This document shows, piece by piece, positions 39,030-53,874 of a stretch of DNA of 64,000 nt; position 1 is the first letter of the stretch, and each line of letters opens with the position of its first letter. The position numbers and the translations under genes were made by a program. The notes beneath the pieces were generated by a model. The model ran no database searches. It was not told the DNA's origin and saw nothing but the letters and a program-made list of their open reading frames with translations. The stretch is from Octopus vulgaris (taxonomy: Eukaryota), in the NCBI GenBank assembly GCA_951406725.2, contig OX597833.1:6510001-6574000 (forward strand), read 5' to 3'.

Positions 39030-40915
39030 CGATGTGTATATTCATTCAATCCATATTAACGAAATTCTCCATGGTATACAATGTACATACACAGATGCAT
39101 TCATCTCTATGAGATATAAAGAATTTCTAAGAATTTATAAATACATACATATAGGCGAAAATTTACAAATATAAAAAATTCATGGATATATAAGAAATTA
39201 TAAACGTATAAAAATTCATGAATATAAATATATAAAAATATAATTTCAAAAACGTACCTGCGAAGTCCGAATGTTCGAATTTGAATCAATGAAGACGGTG
39301 GATAAAAAAAGCGAATGTAAGATGATTCCTAAGGAGTCCTGAACATGTTTAAAATATTAAGGCCGTTTCGTAAAGATGTAGGTTGGTAAGGGCGAGCTAA
39401 TTCCAACCATAGAAAGTCTCTATATTTCTCTCATCAGAGTTAATAGATTTACAGGCTTAAAACTTTAAATGATATGGTAGGTTAGATGATTTTTAAAACC
39501 GAATGTTTAATAAGACTGTTTTTTCAAGCGGATAATGTTAAAATTATTGTTACAGGCTAAAATATAGTATGACGCTATATATATAATATAATATTTCAGA
39601 CGAGTTCATAATATAAGGGAAGGCTAGATTAGGATCCTACTGCTTAATTAATTTTGGTGAAAAATTTAAACGTTGAAAGATATTTGTGTCTACAGGTGAG
39701 TATAACGTCAGATATCTTATTCAGTAAGCTATTTTTGTTGGCTCGGGGTCGGTGGATCGCGTCCTTCGTGCGTAAATCGCAATTCTTTGTGTGTGTATTA
39801 CGATGGTGTGGCTTCCCTTATTTTAGACCAATTCAGACTGAATTCTTTGTTCTTCATTTTTAATTTATTGATGTAGGTTGCTAGTGTGGTTGAATTTTTT
39901 TATTTCGTAGTTAGAAAAAGAGTTCATAGAAAAAGAGTTAATGGGACAAAGTTCCCTATTACGACAATTGTTTTTTATTTTATTTCCGAGTTTAGTCTTA
40001 CTATTTTTAATATCCAAGTCCTTATTATTGTTCTTCGTGTTAGGGTCAGCGAAGTTATCTCTGTTGGTTTCGTTATTTCTAAGTTTAAGTCTATTATTTG
40101 CTGCAATGATAGATCCAAGATTGGGTGTGGTAGAATGGGATAATTTAAGACAGGATCTATTAAATATAGATAGAATAATATTTATGACCAAGTGGGAAGT
40201 TCCTATCGATAATGCAAAATAATAACTTAGGGAGGTTTCTTACCTAGAGGGGGAAGGGATGTGTGTGAACCATATAATTTCCCCTTCTCCTCCCGAAATT
40301 GTTCTGGTTTCTGTATTTGGTGGGGTTGTTTGTTGCATGTGTGTCGATGTTAGAATTTCGTAATATTTGGAAACTGTTTGCCTAATTTGTTTTTAAATAT
40401 TGTGTTTTTAACATATTTTACTATTAAATCCACAATCTTTTAGTTCTGTATTATAAAGAGGTGTAAACTCATCGAAGATCTTTTCGTTTGCGGATAAATT
40501 AGATATTCTTATCAACACACCTTTGATTATCCCCTTAATGGCACTTTTGGGATGATTTGATAAGGCGTGGATATACTTAATAGTTTTGTTAGGCTTGTGG
40601 TAGGGGCAGAATAAGCCGTTATCCAAATTTATTGTAACATCCAATATGTTAACACATTTGGTAACATTTTCAAATATAATATCTAATTTGTATAATTTAA
40701 AAAAACATTTTTCCTTAATCCTATCAGTTGCTTGTGCGGAGAATTCTGATATTGCAAATAAGGCATCACCTCTGTACAAGCCTCCACTAATATTAGGGAA
40801 TTCTTCCTGTAAATTCTTAGAAATTTTATATATCAAATAGATGAATGCTTTTATGTATGAATATTGTATACCATGGAGAATTTCGTTAATATGGATTGAT
40901 TGACTATATACATCG
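39030..40915 (-). mobile_element. 5'-truncated degenerate Penelope-like retroelement (RT C-terminus/thumb, Cys linker, GIY-YIG C-terminal part, pLTR) with inverted terminal duplication
   Basis: ORF 40408-40836 has LYRGDAL (YxDD-like), LDVTINL and PYHKPN..YIHALSNHP. ORF 39865-40191 has IFNRSCLKLSHSTTPNLGSII and NCRNRELCP. LLNKISDVILTCRH occurs near 39700. Inverted repeats 39030-39138 / 40808-40915 have a 37-bp perfect core. Confidence 0.85.
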
Positions 40916-41004
40916 ACACATCATCGACCTTTGAATTTGTTTTCTCTTACTTATACATATATACACACGAAACCGATATACCTACATATACACGCATCAG
41001 TATA

Positions 41005-42045
41005 TTCTGAATGGTGTGGTCGCCGTTTGTGCGGCGCGTTTTCCCGCAGCTCCCCTCTTTGGCCGAACTGCAGACCGAGGTTAGGCGAATGGCACCGCGA
41101 GTGTCGCGTTGCTCTCAAGCAACTCTGCCGCTCGGGACCAAACTTGTGCGACTTCATTATAACAAAGCCGTTCTATAGAGGATTAGTAGAAGGGAGGTGC
41201 ATCGACGTTCTCGGGCAGAATCTGGGTGTCGACGAAGAACGCCTGGCCCACCTGTTCAGGACAATTTTCGGGCCGGGACCTATGGACAATCACCAAAGAC
41301 CCCTGGCCTGGCAGTGTTATCGAGAAGCTCTACGGGCACGGTTCGAGACACACCGGACCGACTTGCCCGAGATGCGGTCAGAGCGACGAAACTGTTCGGC
41401 ACGCACTCGTGCAATGTCCAACCATTTCGGACCTGTGGGCTTATTCTGAACGGCTGCTGTCGGCTGTGGAACGAGTCCGCCTGTCGGCCGAGTATGTCGT
41501 GTCAGTTGCTCCGCGACCTTCCCTCAACCTGGAAGGCAAGACAGTCTTCATCATATTGGTGGCTATGGTGAAAGAATGTGTGTGGTGGACTCGAGCAAAA
41601 GGATTAGAGACAAACACTTACGTCTCTGGCCAATCGCTCATCAACTTTTTCAAGTACCACTTGAAAAGGAAGGTGAGAATGGAGAGGCAGGTTTTGTCGC
41701 GTGAAAGTTTCAAAAAAAGGTGGGTGAATATAGCAAAGATAGTGCGTGCGAATGACGAAACCACTTTGAGCATGATCCTATAAATCGAAAGAGAGAGAGA
41801 GCACTTTGCTCTCATGTGTTTATTCCCTCCCTGTCTGAGGTTACTGTGGTCTTTTCCGTAGGCTTTTCTTTCCACGGATAAACCTAATCTTGTTTTTTAC
41901 ATTTTAAAAATTCTTCTGTGATATACGATCGGAATTTTTTTTTTTTTCTCATTTTTTCCCCTTTTTCTTTTCATTTTCGAAGAGAAAAGCTCTACATTTG
42001 TATTTGTCCCTTCTGTGTTCAGCCCTGTGTGGCCAAAAAAGAAAG
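41005..42045 (+). mobile_element. Tx1/L1-like LINE 3' end (ORF2 C-terminus with CCHC zinc knuckle, 3' UTR)
   Basis: CPRCGQSDETVRHALVQC (zf-RVT type) in ORF 41226-41783, frameshifted upstream ORF 40931-41449, T-rich 3' UTR ending at (TATC)n. Confidence 0.8.
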
Positions 42046-42420
<375 letters not shown>

Positions 42421-42433
42421 CCTACAGACATAC

Positions 42434-42468
<35 letters not shown>

Positions 42469-43244
42469 TGTGTGTGTGCACGTTACTGCCGTACTGGTGT
42501 GATAGGTATCTATTTGTTGAAAGCCGAGTTTCTCGTTGCCGTATATTAGGCGACTATTAACATGATATTAAGCTTTTTTATATACACACATTTTAGCTGT
42601 ATTCCCATAGCACTGAAAGCAACATGGCGGAAATTACAGACACCACATAAAATACATATAACAATGTAAACAAATATGAAAATAAATTTATAAAAATTTC
42701 TTTGGAAAAATTTCTACAGCTGAGATGCTAATGTTTTTAGAGAATAGCTTCTAAGAAAATTTCGAAGAGCAATTATTGTGAACACCGCTGTGGTTAACCT
42801 AAGAGCGGACAAATATTTGAAGAACTAATGATTTGAAAATATAGAGATGTTTTAAGAATTTGGTTCCAAATTGGTGCTGTCTGGTCGTGTGTTTTTTTTT
42901 ATTGGTAATATAAATATTACATATTGATTAGTTGTCTGTGTCTTTAGCTAACTGGTTATTGTTCATTAGTCTGTAAGAGGCAGTGTTTAGTTGGATATTG
43001 CGAATTGTTCTAAAAGTTTGTACGATAGTTGCCATGTAACATAAAGGTTAACTATAGATCAGCTCATTGGGTTATTGGTTTATATACGTATATATATGGA
43101 TATATATGTATAAATATACATACATGTGTATATATATACTTATATATATACATGTATATATAAACTTATATATATAATATATATACACATATAAATATAT
43201 ATATACACACACACACACACACATACACACACACACACACACAT

Positions 43245-43284
<40 letters not shown>

Positions 43285-43324
43285 GGGCAGTATATGCAAT
43301 AGAGGCCGTGTTAGGTTAAGACAG

Positions 43325-43510
43325 CCATCTATGTATCATATTTAATATAAATAGATCGTTGAAAGGCAAATTTACTGCAGTGTTCTTTCAGAGATAACAC
43401 CTCTTATAGACATGCTGTGATTAAAGACACAGCAAGTTCATCTCCGGACGAATACTGCAGCAAATTTGTCTTTCAACGATCTATTTACATGAAATATGAT
43501 GCATAGATGG
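43325..43510. repeat. Imperfect ~60-70-bp inverted repeat
   Basis: ccatctatgtatcatattt...aaatagatcgttgaaaggcaaatttactgcagtgttc versus gaatactgcagcaaatttgtctttcaacgatctattt...aatatgatgcatagatgg. Confidence 0.75.
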
Positions 43511-44346
43511 TCCTCTATCTCTCTAAACATACAAAAATCCATCCATCCATCCATCTATCCATCCAGCCATACATAAATACATACCTACATACATACATAC
43601 ATAAATACATACATACATAGATATATACATACATACACACATACACACATAAATACATACATACATAAATACATATATACATACATACATACATTCATAC
43701 ATATATACATACATTCATACATACACACATACATACATACATACATACATACATAAATACATACATACATACATACATACATACATACATACATACATAC
43801 ATACATACATACATACATACATACATACATACATACATACATACATACATAAATACATATATACATACATACATTCATACACACATACATACATGCATAC
43901 ATACATGCATACATAAATACATACACACATACATACATACATAAATACATATATACATACATACATACATACATAAATACATATATACATACATACATTC
44001 ATACACACATACATACATGCATACATACATGCATACATAAATACATACACACATACATACATACATACATACATACATACATACATACATACATACATAC
44101 ATACATACATACATACATACATACATACATACATACGTACGTACGTACGTATATGCACACACAAGTTTTCTTCTTTGGAATAATACATCTGGAAGGACAG
44201 TTATAAAGTTATATCTTGTATCATGTCAATGTTGAGCTTTGAGTCTCACAAGCAGCCTTCGAATTTTTCTCTCCAAAAGTGATTTTCAACTAAATATTTA
44301 TTTCATGTAATAATTTATAGCTTTACGCGTGTTCTTCGTGATATAC

Positions 44347-44548
44347 TGTTGTGTGGGAGTAGAACACCCCTATTGGTTGGCTCCTAATGGACTGTGCCAC
44401 AATATAAATGGACATGCGCAGAGATCGGTGTAGAGTAAAACCGAGAGTTGCGTATTGTCGAGGATTATTATCAGTGTATTGAATAGAACGATTTGCAAGG
44501 AGATTATTATTATCCCGTTATATCTTATGTAGAACGTGCGATATAACA
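44347..44548 (+). mobile_element. Probable solo LTR
   Basis: TGTTG...TAACA termini, internal ATTGG and TATAAA boxes, flanked by a 5-bp direct repeat TATAC (44342-46 / 44549-53). Confidence 0.5.
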
Positions 44549-44828
44549 TATACACAACCCAAAAGAAATTATTTCATATTCTTTGGAATGTTTATAAAAT
44601 TCATGACAGAATGGCAATACACGAAAACAGCAGAATATTATTTGAACAAAAATAATTCCCCCTCGCAAGACTGCGAGCTGGCAGAAACGTTAGCACGCCG
44701 GGCGAAATGCTTAGCAATATTCCGTCTGTCTTTACGTTCTGAGTGTATTTGTGTGTGTGTGTGTGTGTGCGACGTTCACAAGCAATATCATTTGTTGACG
44801 TTCAAAGAAAAATGAAAAGAATAAAGGG

Positions 44829-44861
44829 TATTACGTTTCGGAAAGATTCCTTCTTCAGATA
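44829..44861 (-). ncRNA. Minimal hammerhead ribozyme motif
   Basis: Minus strand reads TAT-CTGAAGA-A-GGAA-tct-TTCC-GAAA-CG-TA-ATA. Core intact, stem I only 3 bp. Confidence 0.6.
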
Positions 44862-45621
44862 GTCGTGAACACTCCTGAAGGCAGTGGGAAGAGAAGGCAG
44901 GAGAAGAGAGATAAAAGAGAGAGAAAGAGGTGGGGTAAAAACGAACAAATATCACATAAATAACTTTTAATCAAGAAAAATCCTGGGCTTCCACAGGATC
45001 TCTGAGAGTGCTCAAAGGAAGGTAAGGAGTAAGAAGTCTCTTGAGACCAGACTCAAAGATTGGCAACTGAGTGAATTCTAATAAAAACACCGAAGAGCCA
45101 AACGATGATCCTAAATTAGGCGGTGGATCACGTGTAGCACCACCAATTTAGGCAACCGTATGGTTTGCATCCACGCACGTATGCACAATGTATATGAATT
45201 GTGTGTGTCTGAAATAAAACGCATGCGCACTTATATATGCCCACTTGCTTGAATATACATTGATATATATTTGCACACACAAATAAACATGTATGTATGT
45301 GTGTGTGTATGTATGTATATATATATGTATACATGTATGTATATATATATATGTGTGTGTGCGTGCATATTGATACTTATGTTCGTATATACAAACACAA
45401 ACATACACACATACACACGCATCTCTACGCACGAACGCATAAAACCACACTTCCACTTAAATCATGTGTGGGAGCATAAATACTCTCTGTCTCTGGCTCT
45501 CTCCTCTCCCTTACACCCCCACCCCCACCCCACCCCCATACCCACGCAAACAAAAGTAAACATCAACCTAATGATATACACCTACGCGCAAATACATTGC
45601 TCTGCGCATATCAATTTGTTT

Positions 45622-45658
<37 letters not shown>

Positions 45659-46444
45659 GCACCAGTGCTTAAACAACAAATATACAAAAAGAAAAAAAGA
45701 ATCGTAAATGCATAAACATAGAAAACTCCCATCAATTCAAACGTTCGGATGCTCAAATGAGCAAATTACTCAAATGCTTAGATGCCCCAAATACGTTGAC
45801 GCAGCGATATAAAACGACTTGATTATTTAATTGCGATATAAATGGATACAAACTACGTACAAAAATATATATATATACATAAGAAATTTATAAATATTAC
45901 GCAAATAATAAGAAAAAGTAAAAAAAAATAATTGACAATTATGTAAAAGTGGGTTGACAATTGGGGAAAAATTTATAAAATGTTGGTTGAAATCCTAATA
46001 TTTACTACTTGAAGAATTTCAAACATTACAAATGTTACATAAAAATATAAATATATAAATACTTTAGGACTAATATCATTATCTTGTTGTCTTTTAAGAA
46101 TTTATGCTGTTCATTGCACAGAAGAATGCATAATTATGTGTGTGTGTGCATAATTATGTGTGTGTGTATGCGCGTGTATAGGCGTGTGTGTGTGTGTGTG
46201 TTTGCATATTTGCTTATGAACCCCAAAGTAGATGTTTGCATTTGTGACAGCGTGTGCACGTGTATATGCATATATCCCCCTACACATAATCTGCCTGGAA
46301 ACGTGTGTAAGTAGATGTTTGGATATGTGTATATGTAAAAGTGGCATTTGTGTGTATGTACTTACTTGTATAGAAGTAAGTAGGTCTATATATATATATA
46401 TATGGTCTCACACATACATACATAAATACACACATACACGCAAG

Positions 46445-46482
<38 letters not shown>

Positions 46483-47328
46483 TAAGTAGGTCTATATATA
46501 TATATATATATACATGCGTGTGTGTGTTTATTTATGTATGTATGTGTGAGACCATGTGTGTAAGAATATGTGTCTGTGTGTCGTTTAGTAGGTTTACATG
46601 TTTAGTAACCATTTCATATTGAACACGCATCTGTAGCTAAATTTACTGTTGCTTCTGTTCACTAATATTCAGTAACGGTTGTTGACTGGGAAATGCTTAT
46701 CTATTAATTTCCACAACGGTAATTCAACCGTAAGTCTTCCTTCAGGAATACAGAAAAAAATAAAAGGAATATTACAAAACAAACTAATTATTTCTTCAGT
46801 TTGAAAAACATGTTATCGAGCTATAGATTCTGATATTAAATGGAATGTCCTCGACTTTTATGGCCTACACAAGTGTGACAAATTGTTGAAGCTTATGTAT
46901 TGCTGAGAAGATTCTCATTCATAAATAACTTAATAAACTGCAACCCTCCTAAATATTAGATAAGTGATATTTACCGTTAAATGCCGCCACTTCGACAAGT
47001 ACTCGCTGTAACAGGGGCACATTACACCACCACCTGACTGAATAGAGCAATACTCAATCACACACACACACATTCACAAATACATATACACACACACTCT
47101 CTCTCTCTCCCTCTATTTCCCTCATCATTTCTAGACATTCTTTATCTTTCAATATTTTAAGATAATAAACTCATTTACACTCTTAACTCACTCTTTCCAT
47201 CTACATTTCTATGAAGAAGAATCTTTCATTATTTAAATAAAATACTCACTAGATCCCTCCACACTCTATACCCAACTTCATCCTTAACCCATTAACACCC
47301 TGACTTTCCCACAAACAATAATACACCC

Positions 47329-47402
<74 letters not shown>

Positions 47403-47818
47403 CTCTTTAACATTATACTACACTTAAAGTCCATATTATTTCCATATAGTTTTTAAAATACTTTCCTAGTTTATAAATCTTTATCCACGACATATTTGTA
47501 TATGTACACGATGTTTGTGAAAGTATGTTTACATAGAGTCACACAAAAATTTCCTTCTTTTGCCTTCTGTACATCTAACGCCTCATAAGGAATAACCGGA
47601 CCCTAACAATGTTGGTTTCAAATTTTAGCGCAAGGCCAGCAGGTCTGGGGCAAAGGTTAAATCGATTACATCGATCCCAGTGTTCAACTGGTACTTATTT
47701 TATGGATTCCGAACGGATAAAAGGCGAATATTGTTAATCCTAACAGTATTAATATACGATGAGTTGCACGCCTTATAAATTTCGCACCCAGAATATCAAT
47801 CCGGAAACATAATAACAG

Positions 47819-47865
<47 letters not shown>

Positions 47866-47979
47866 GGTGAGTTTAGTGAGTGGCAGAGTTATGTCACCTG
47901 AAGATTGCAGAGCATTAGCTAGGATTAATACTTGAAGACACAATGTCTTATCATTAACGGACTATATCATCATATTATG

Positions 47980-48051
<72 letters not shown>

Positions 48052-48054
<3 letters not shown>

Positions 48055-48440
48055 GCGAGCTGGCAGAAATGTTAGCGCGCCGGGCGAAATGCTTAGCGAG
48101 TACAAATTCCGCTGAGGTCGACTTTGCCTTTCATCCTTTCGGGGTCGATTAAATAAGTACCAGTTACGCACTGGGGTTGATATAATCGACTTAATCCGTT
48201 TGTCTGACCTTGTTTGTCCTCTCTGTGTTTAGCCCCTTGTGGGTAGTAAAGAAATAGGCATTTTGTCTGTCTTTACGTTCTGAGTTCAAATTCCGCCGAG
48301 GTCGACTTTGCCTTTCATTCTTTCGGGGTCGATAAATAAAGTACCAGTTTCGCACTGGGCTCGATGTAATAGACTTAATCCCTTTGTCTCTCCTTGTTTG
48401 TCCCCTCTATGTTTAGCCCCTTGTTGACAGTAAAGAAATA
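48052..48440 (+). mobile_element. SINE family B with tandem duplicated 3' body
   Basis: Two consecutive caaattccgc(t/c)gaggtcgactttgcctttc...gtttagccccttgt units. Confidence 0.8.
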
Positions 48441-48442
48441 TA

Positions 48443-48489
<47 letters not shown>

Positions 48490-48619
48490 GTAAACACGTT
48501 TCATTACATATACCTATGCATCTATACATATATAAATATATATGTCTGTTGCATTGTCTCATTTGTGTTGACTCCTTTGTTTCCATTTGTGTAAATATAT
48601 ATTAATGCATATACCTATA

Positions 48620-48669
48620 CCTACCTACCTACATACATAAACACACACATACATACATACATACATACA

Positions 48670-48702
<33 letters not shown>

Positions 48703-49380
48703 GCATACATACATGCATGCATACATACATACATACACACATACATACATACATACATAATACATACATACATGCATACATGCATACATACATACATACA
48801 TACATGCATACATACATACATACATACATACATACATACATACACATACATACACATACATACATAAACACACACATACATACATACATACACATACATA
48901 CATACACACACACACATACATACATACATACATACATACATACATACATACATACATACATACATACATGCATACATACATACACAGACATACACACATA
49001 CATACATACATACATACATACATACATACATACATACATGCATACATACATACATACATACATACATACATACATACATACATACATACATACATGCATA
49101 CATACATGCATACATACATACATACATACATGCACATACATACATACATACATACATACATACATACATACATACATACATACATACATACATACATACA
49201 TACATACATACATACATACATACACACATACATACATACATACATACATACATACATACATACATACATACAAACATACATACATACATACATACATACA
49301 TACATACATACATACATACATACATACATACATACATACATACATACATACATACATACATAAATACATACATACATACA

Positions 49381-49411
<31 letters not shown>

Positions 49412-49510
49412 CATGCATACATACATACATACATACATACATACATACATACATACATACATACATACATACATACATACATACATACATACATACATAC
49501 ATACATACAT
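48620..49510. repeat. (CATA)n microsatellite, ~0.9 kb
   Basis: Direct reading. Similar arrays at 43570-44150 and 58090-58696 (TATG). Confidence 0.95.
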
Positions 49511-50434
49511 AAATGTTGATACGTTTTATGCATATATATACACACATACGTACACGCTCACATACACCTATATATTTTACTACATACATACACCAAATGC
49601 TTATGCTCAGACACATATGCGTCAGGAAATTAACTATATATATATATTTAAAAGAAAAATATTTTTATTCACTCAATTCCATTTATTTCAGAACTTAATT
49701 AAAAGTAACAAATATAAATAAAAAAAAACACAATAAACTTGCAAATAATTAAACAAAATAACAAATGAAGAAACTAATTTTTTAAAAAAAACGAACGAAA
49801 CAAATATACTTCTGAAATATTCTTCATTATTTCGTAACTTTAGAAATTTTTTTTCTCTTTCTTGCCCACGTTTCTCTTTGTCTCTCTCTCTCTCCCCGAT
49901 AAATATTCTTTTGACTATGGCAATGTCGTTTTATATTTGTTCTTTCAACCGAAATAGTATTTTTACTCTACCAAAACACTATTATTTGTTTAACAGTTCT
50001 TTTTAAATATTTATTATTTTTTTTTATTCATTTTTTTTAAAATTTGTTCTTTTCCAAAATAAACTTGTTTCATTCTTCGACTACATTTGCAGTATTTCGC
50101 TTTTCATTTTTCTATCGATTTTTCTTCTTTTCCCTTCCGAAAGCAAAAGAATACATCTTTCTCAGTTTTTGGCAAACAAGAACAATACCAGGAATAACAA
50201 CAACAACAACAGCAACAGCAACAACAACAACAACAACAACAGCAACAACAACAATAATTTTAAAGCATGTCGTTTATCGTTTTGTGCATCAGATTTAGGT
50301 TTTTCACTACTCTATGTCCATTATCCACCAATTCTCATCATACATTCTAACTTGGTTTTCAAAACAGTCGATATGCATATATACGTATATGCATATATAC
50401 ATACATATATATAGATACATACATACATACATAC

Positions 50435-50491
<57 letters not shown>

Positions 50492-50637
50492 TCATATATA
50501 TATATATGCATGCGCACGTGTGTATTTATGTATGATTATATATGTATATATATATGTATATGCATATATATATATATACATATATGTGTTTATATATATA
50601 TATATGTGTGTGTGTGTATATACATATATATGTGTAT

Positions 50638-50743
<106 letters not shown>

Positions 50744-51539
50744 CAACAAAAAGTCTCCATTGAATCGCAAGTATACTGTCTTAAAAAGAATGGCAAATTG
50801 AAAATATGGCTATGGAAAATAGTAAAACGAGGTCATTTTTGGCAGGTTTTTAGTTACAGATTTAAGGAACCAAGACTGATCTTGGGTTACGTAATAACTA
50901 CAATTCAGAAAGCTATAATTACTACGGCGCCGGCGAAGGAGCCTCTCTATGGATTATAGACTGGCTACATGTAATAGCCAGGACCTACTCAATCCACACA
51001 CTATCGTCTTAATAGAGGGCACAGTAGAGAATATAATACGTGATAGTCGTGGCTGGAATGCTTTTGATCATAAATTTGTTAAATCAAGACTAACCTGAAG
51101 TAACACTACAGTTTGTACCCTGCTGATATGCTTTATGTTACAAATCCACCTTGACTGTATTAGATATTTGATCTTTATAAACCCGTAACATAAATTTAAG
51201 AGACAAAGGAAACAAAACTAGACCTGGCCCCATATTCAAGAAAAAAAACCCTGGAAGAACCCTAAATAACTAGTACAAATGAAGATAACAACACGATAGA
51301 ATGAATTAAAGAAAACATACAAACTACATAAGCATCACAATGGCAATGATTTTATCAAAATAGACACAAAAATCCCATCATCAGCTACTACGTTGGAAAT
51401 CATAATGGTTTCGACACCAAAGAGTACCACTCAATCCAACAGTATCAGCAGCATCATTTAGTCTGTTGCTGGGTAGATTATTATTTCTTTAGGCTTTGAT
51501 TAGTTTCCAGCTACATGTACTGCAGGTTGTATATTTCTA

Positions 51540-51745
51540 AATGTACTTTTGTTAATAGCTTAGTTGGCGTGCTGTTGTACAGCTATTGATGTTTTTATGT
51601 TGTTCGTATTGAATAGCTTGTCGTATCTATGGTCTGATGAAAAGTATTAGCTGATTATTTTTAGGAAATGTTTTACCACATTAATTGTTATGTTTTAGTT
51701 GAAAAGTGAATTAAACCAAGTAATGCTTCTACTTCTAGTTTTGTA
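51540..51745 (-). mobile_element. Penelope-like element fragment (RT thumb/linker)
   Basis: Minus-strand translation KTRSRSITWFNSLFN*NITINVVKHFLKII..DHRYDKLFNTNNIK resembles the PLE RxIxWFNPP..TNIGKxFL..KIFNRN motif. Confidence 0.65.
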
Positions 51746-52556
51746 TAGCCCATGGTTCTTATGACTCTGTGCGCTTACGTGTTCATAACAGCTACTTTGG
51801 TAATATGTACTACATCTTTCCAATATTTTACATAATTCTATATGCACACACTTAACTATACACCTGTTCGTTCTTATTTATCATATTTCTGAACGTACAC
51901 CTGTTCATTTGAGTCCGATTTACTCAAAATTACAACGAAAAACCACAAATGCTCAAATATAACACAGCATTTAATACAGAATGTTTTGCACAATTTATTT
52001 GGATCTACACATCCCCTAGGTGCTTTGAGTTTAATTCTAAAACATTTGTCACAAAAACTAGATACCTGTCAAATATTTCTGCCGTTTTTCTCTTTTTTCT
52101 TTCATCAGTCGCTTAATTCTGCCGCTGGAGGCACTTCTTTCCATTACTTCTTGCAAATGACTCCCTTCACTTGTACAGCTGTTGAATCATACGACAAGGG
52201 ATATTTATAACCATGAATCCACTTTAAAGTCTAGCGAGTTTCCTGTTCGTTAAGATTATATCTCTTTAAAAATTGCTTCCACAAATATTACAGAGATACT
52301 ATCCAGTAGAAAATTTATATATCACCCATTTTCGTTCCATTTTTAAAAGAAAATTCTTCGTATGGTATTTTGTTTGTTATTCGTTTAAAATATTTCTTCA
52401 CTTCTTCACCAATCAGTAACGTGAACCGTTTCCTATTCTGTTAGAAAATAAAAAAGAAATCTGCAAAACTTATATTTATATACCACTCTAAATTTCTATC
52501 AATAACTTGAGATATTTGTTCCTTTAAGTATCAATCACGTAAAAATAATAGAACCA

Positions 52557-52850
52557 TATGTTGTATGTTCACGTATTGGAAGCCAGAATAATCATTATGT
52601 CAATGCTCAAGGTGGAAAAACCAAGAACTTAGTTTATCAAGAAGCCTTTGCTTAAAATTGTTTGTCGATGACTTGCCAGAGGGAATGGATGCTGTTTTTT
52701 GTTTTGTTTTTTGAATTGTGTGTCTGTAATAAAGAATGTAAACGTTTCTGTGTTTCAAATAATAGATTTATGCAGATTTACCATGATTCTTTTTCAAGAA
52801 TCTGACTACTGAGAGGATTGTTGCCGTGACAACGCCAAGTATTCTGCCAT
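52557..52850 (+). mobile_element. Helitron 3' fragment (Pif1-like helicase C-terminus plus degenerate 3' hairpin)
   Basis: 52557-52655 translates YVVCSRIGSQNNHYVNAQGGKTKNLVYQEAFA*, matching the RepHel YVACSRV...KTKNIVY.E end. gccgtgacaacgccaagtattctgc resembles the terminal hairpin. Confidence 0.7.
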
Positions 52851-53169
52851 GCCACACACACACATACATACATACATACACACATACATACATACACACA
52901 CACATACATAGACATACATACATATATACATACATACATACACATACATACATACATACGTACGTACGTACATACAAACATACATACACACATACATGCA
53001 CGCATATATACGTACTTACATATATACACAAACTCACAGAAATACACTCAGACACACTTATGTATGGTTCTCTTCTCTTTTTAATTATTTACACTCTTCC
53101 TTTGAGGAAGGAACTGGTTTCTAACAAAAATACAAAGCCCCATCGTTGATGTGTGGATGACGAAAACAA

Positions 53170-53525
53170 TGTATGTATGTATGTATGTATGTATGTATGT
53201 TTATTTCAAGATTTCTTGCCAATAGAGAAAGAAACGGTTTCTAACCTAGATCTAAGGCTCCTTCATTGGAATTTCAACATCAACAACAGGGTATTTTTGT
53301 ATGTATGTATGTATGTATGTATATATTCTGCAATTGTGTATGTTTTGTTTTATGTATGTATTCTCATGCATATAGTTGCATATCTAGACATGCTCATATA
53401 TATTTAAATGATAAACTTCTGGAAAGTTTTACAGACTTTTACAGTTCCAGTGATGGATTGAATCTGTAGTCTTCGAATTAGCCTAATTCCTCAAGATTTG
53501 TATTTAGGCAATGTGTTACATATCC
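53170..53525 (-). mobile_element. 3' end of an REL-type LINE with (CATA)n tail
   Basis: Minus strand encodes LQIQSITGTVKVCKTFQKFII*, then a 3' UTR ending gaaataaa(cata)n. Same motif at ~59232-59320 (LIRTLQIQSISGTVKLCKTF) and a weaker match at ~57700-58085. Confidence 0.55.
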
Positions 53526-53634
53526 CATGGCCCCAATAATATATTTATATATGTATGTATGTAAGTATGTATGCGTGCGCTTGTGCGTGAATGTTTGTAT
53601 GATCAGATATACCCATATAATCACTCCTCTGTAT

Positions 53635-53874
53635 TAGTGGTGTTCCAATCCATTTTGACCATCGCTTTTTTTCATTCCTATTTTACTCCACTGAACCTCC
53701 ATACCCATTCGATGCTTAAAAAAGCTTGTATTTTCGTAATTATATATTATTATGAATTTTATGAGGAAAAATTGTTAAAATATTTTGTGCACCCATTTAT
53801 TGCAAATAAATTTTAGCATCAAAATCTTAAATGGACCCCGAAAGGTCATGTGGACCCCGGTTGGGAATCCCCAG
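53635..53874. mobile_element. Possible degenerate hAT-type MITE
   Basis: Ends tagtggtgttccaatc and ggttgggaatccccag with subterminal ggacccc repeats. Confidence 0.4.
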
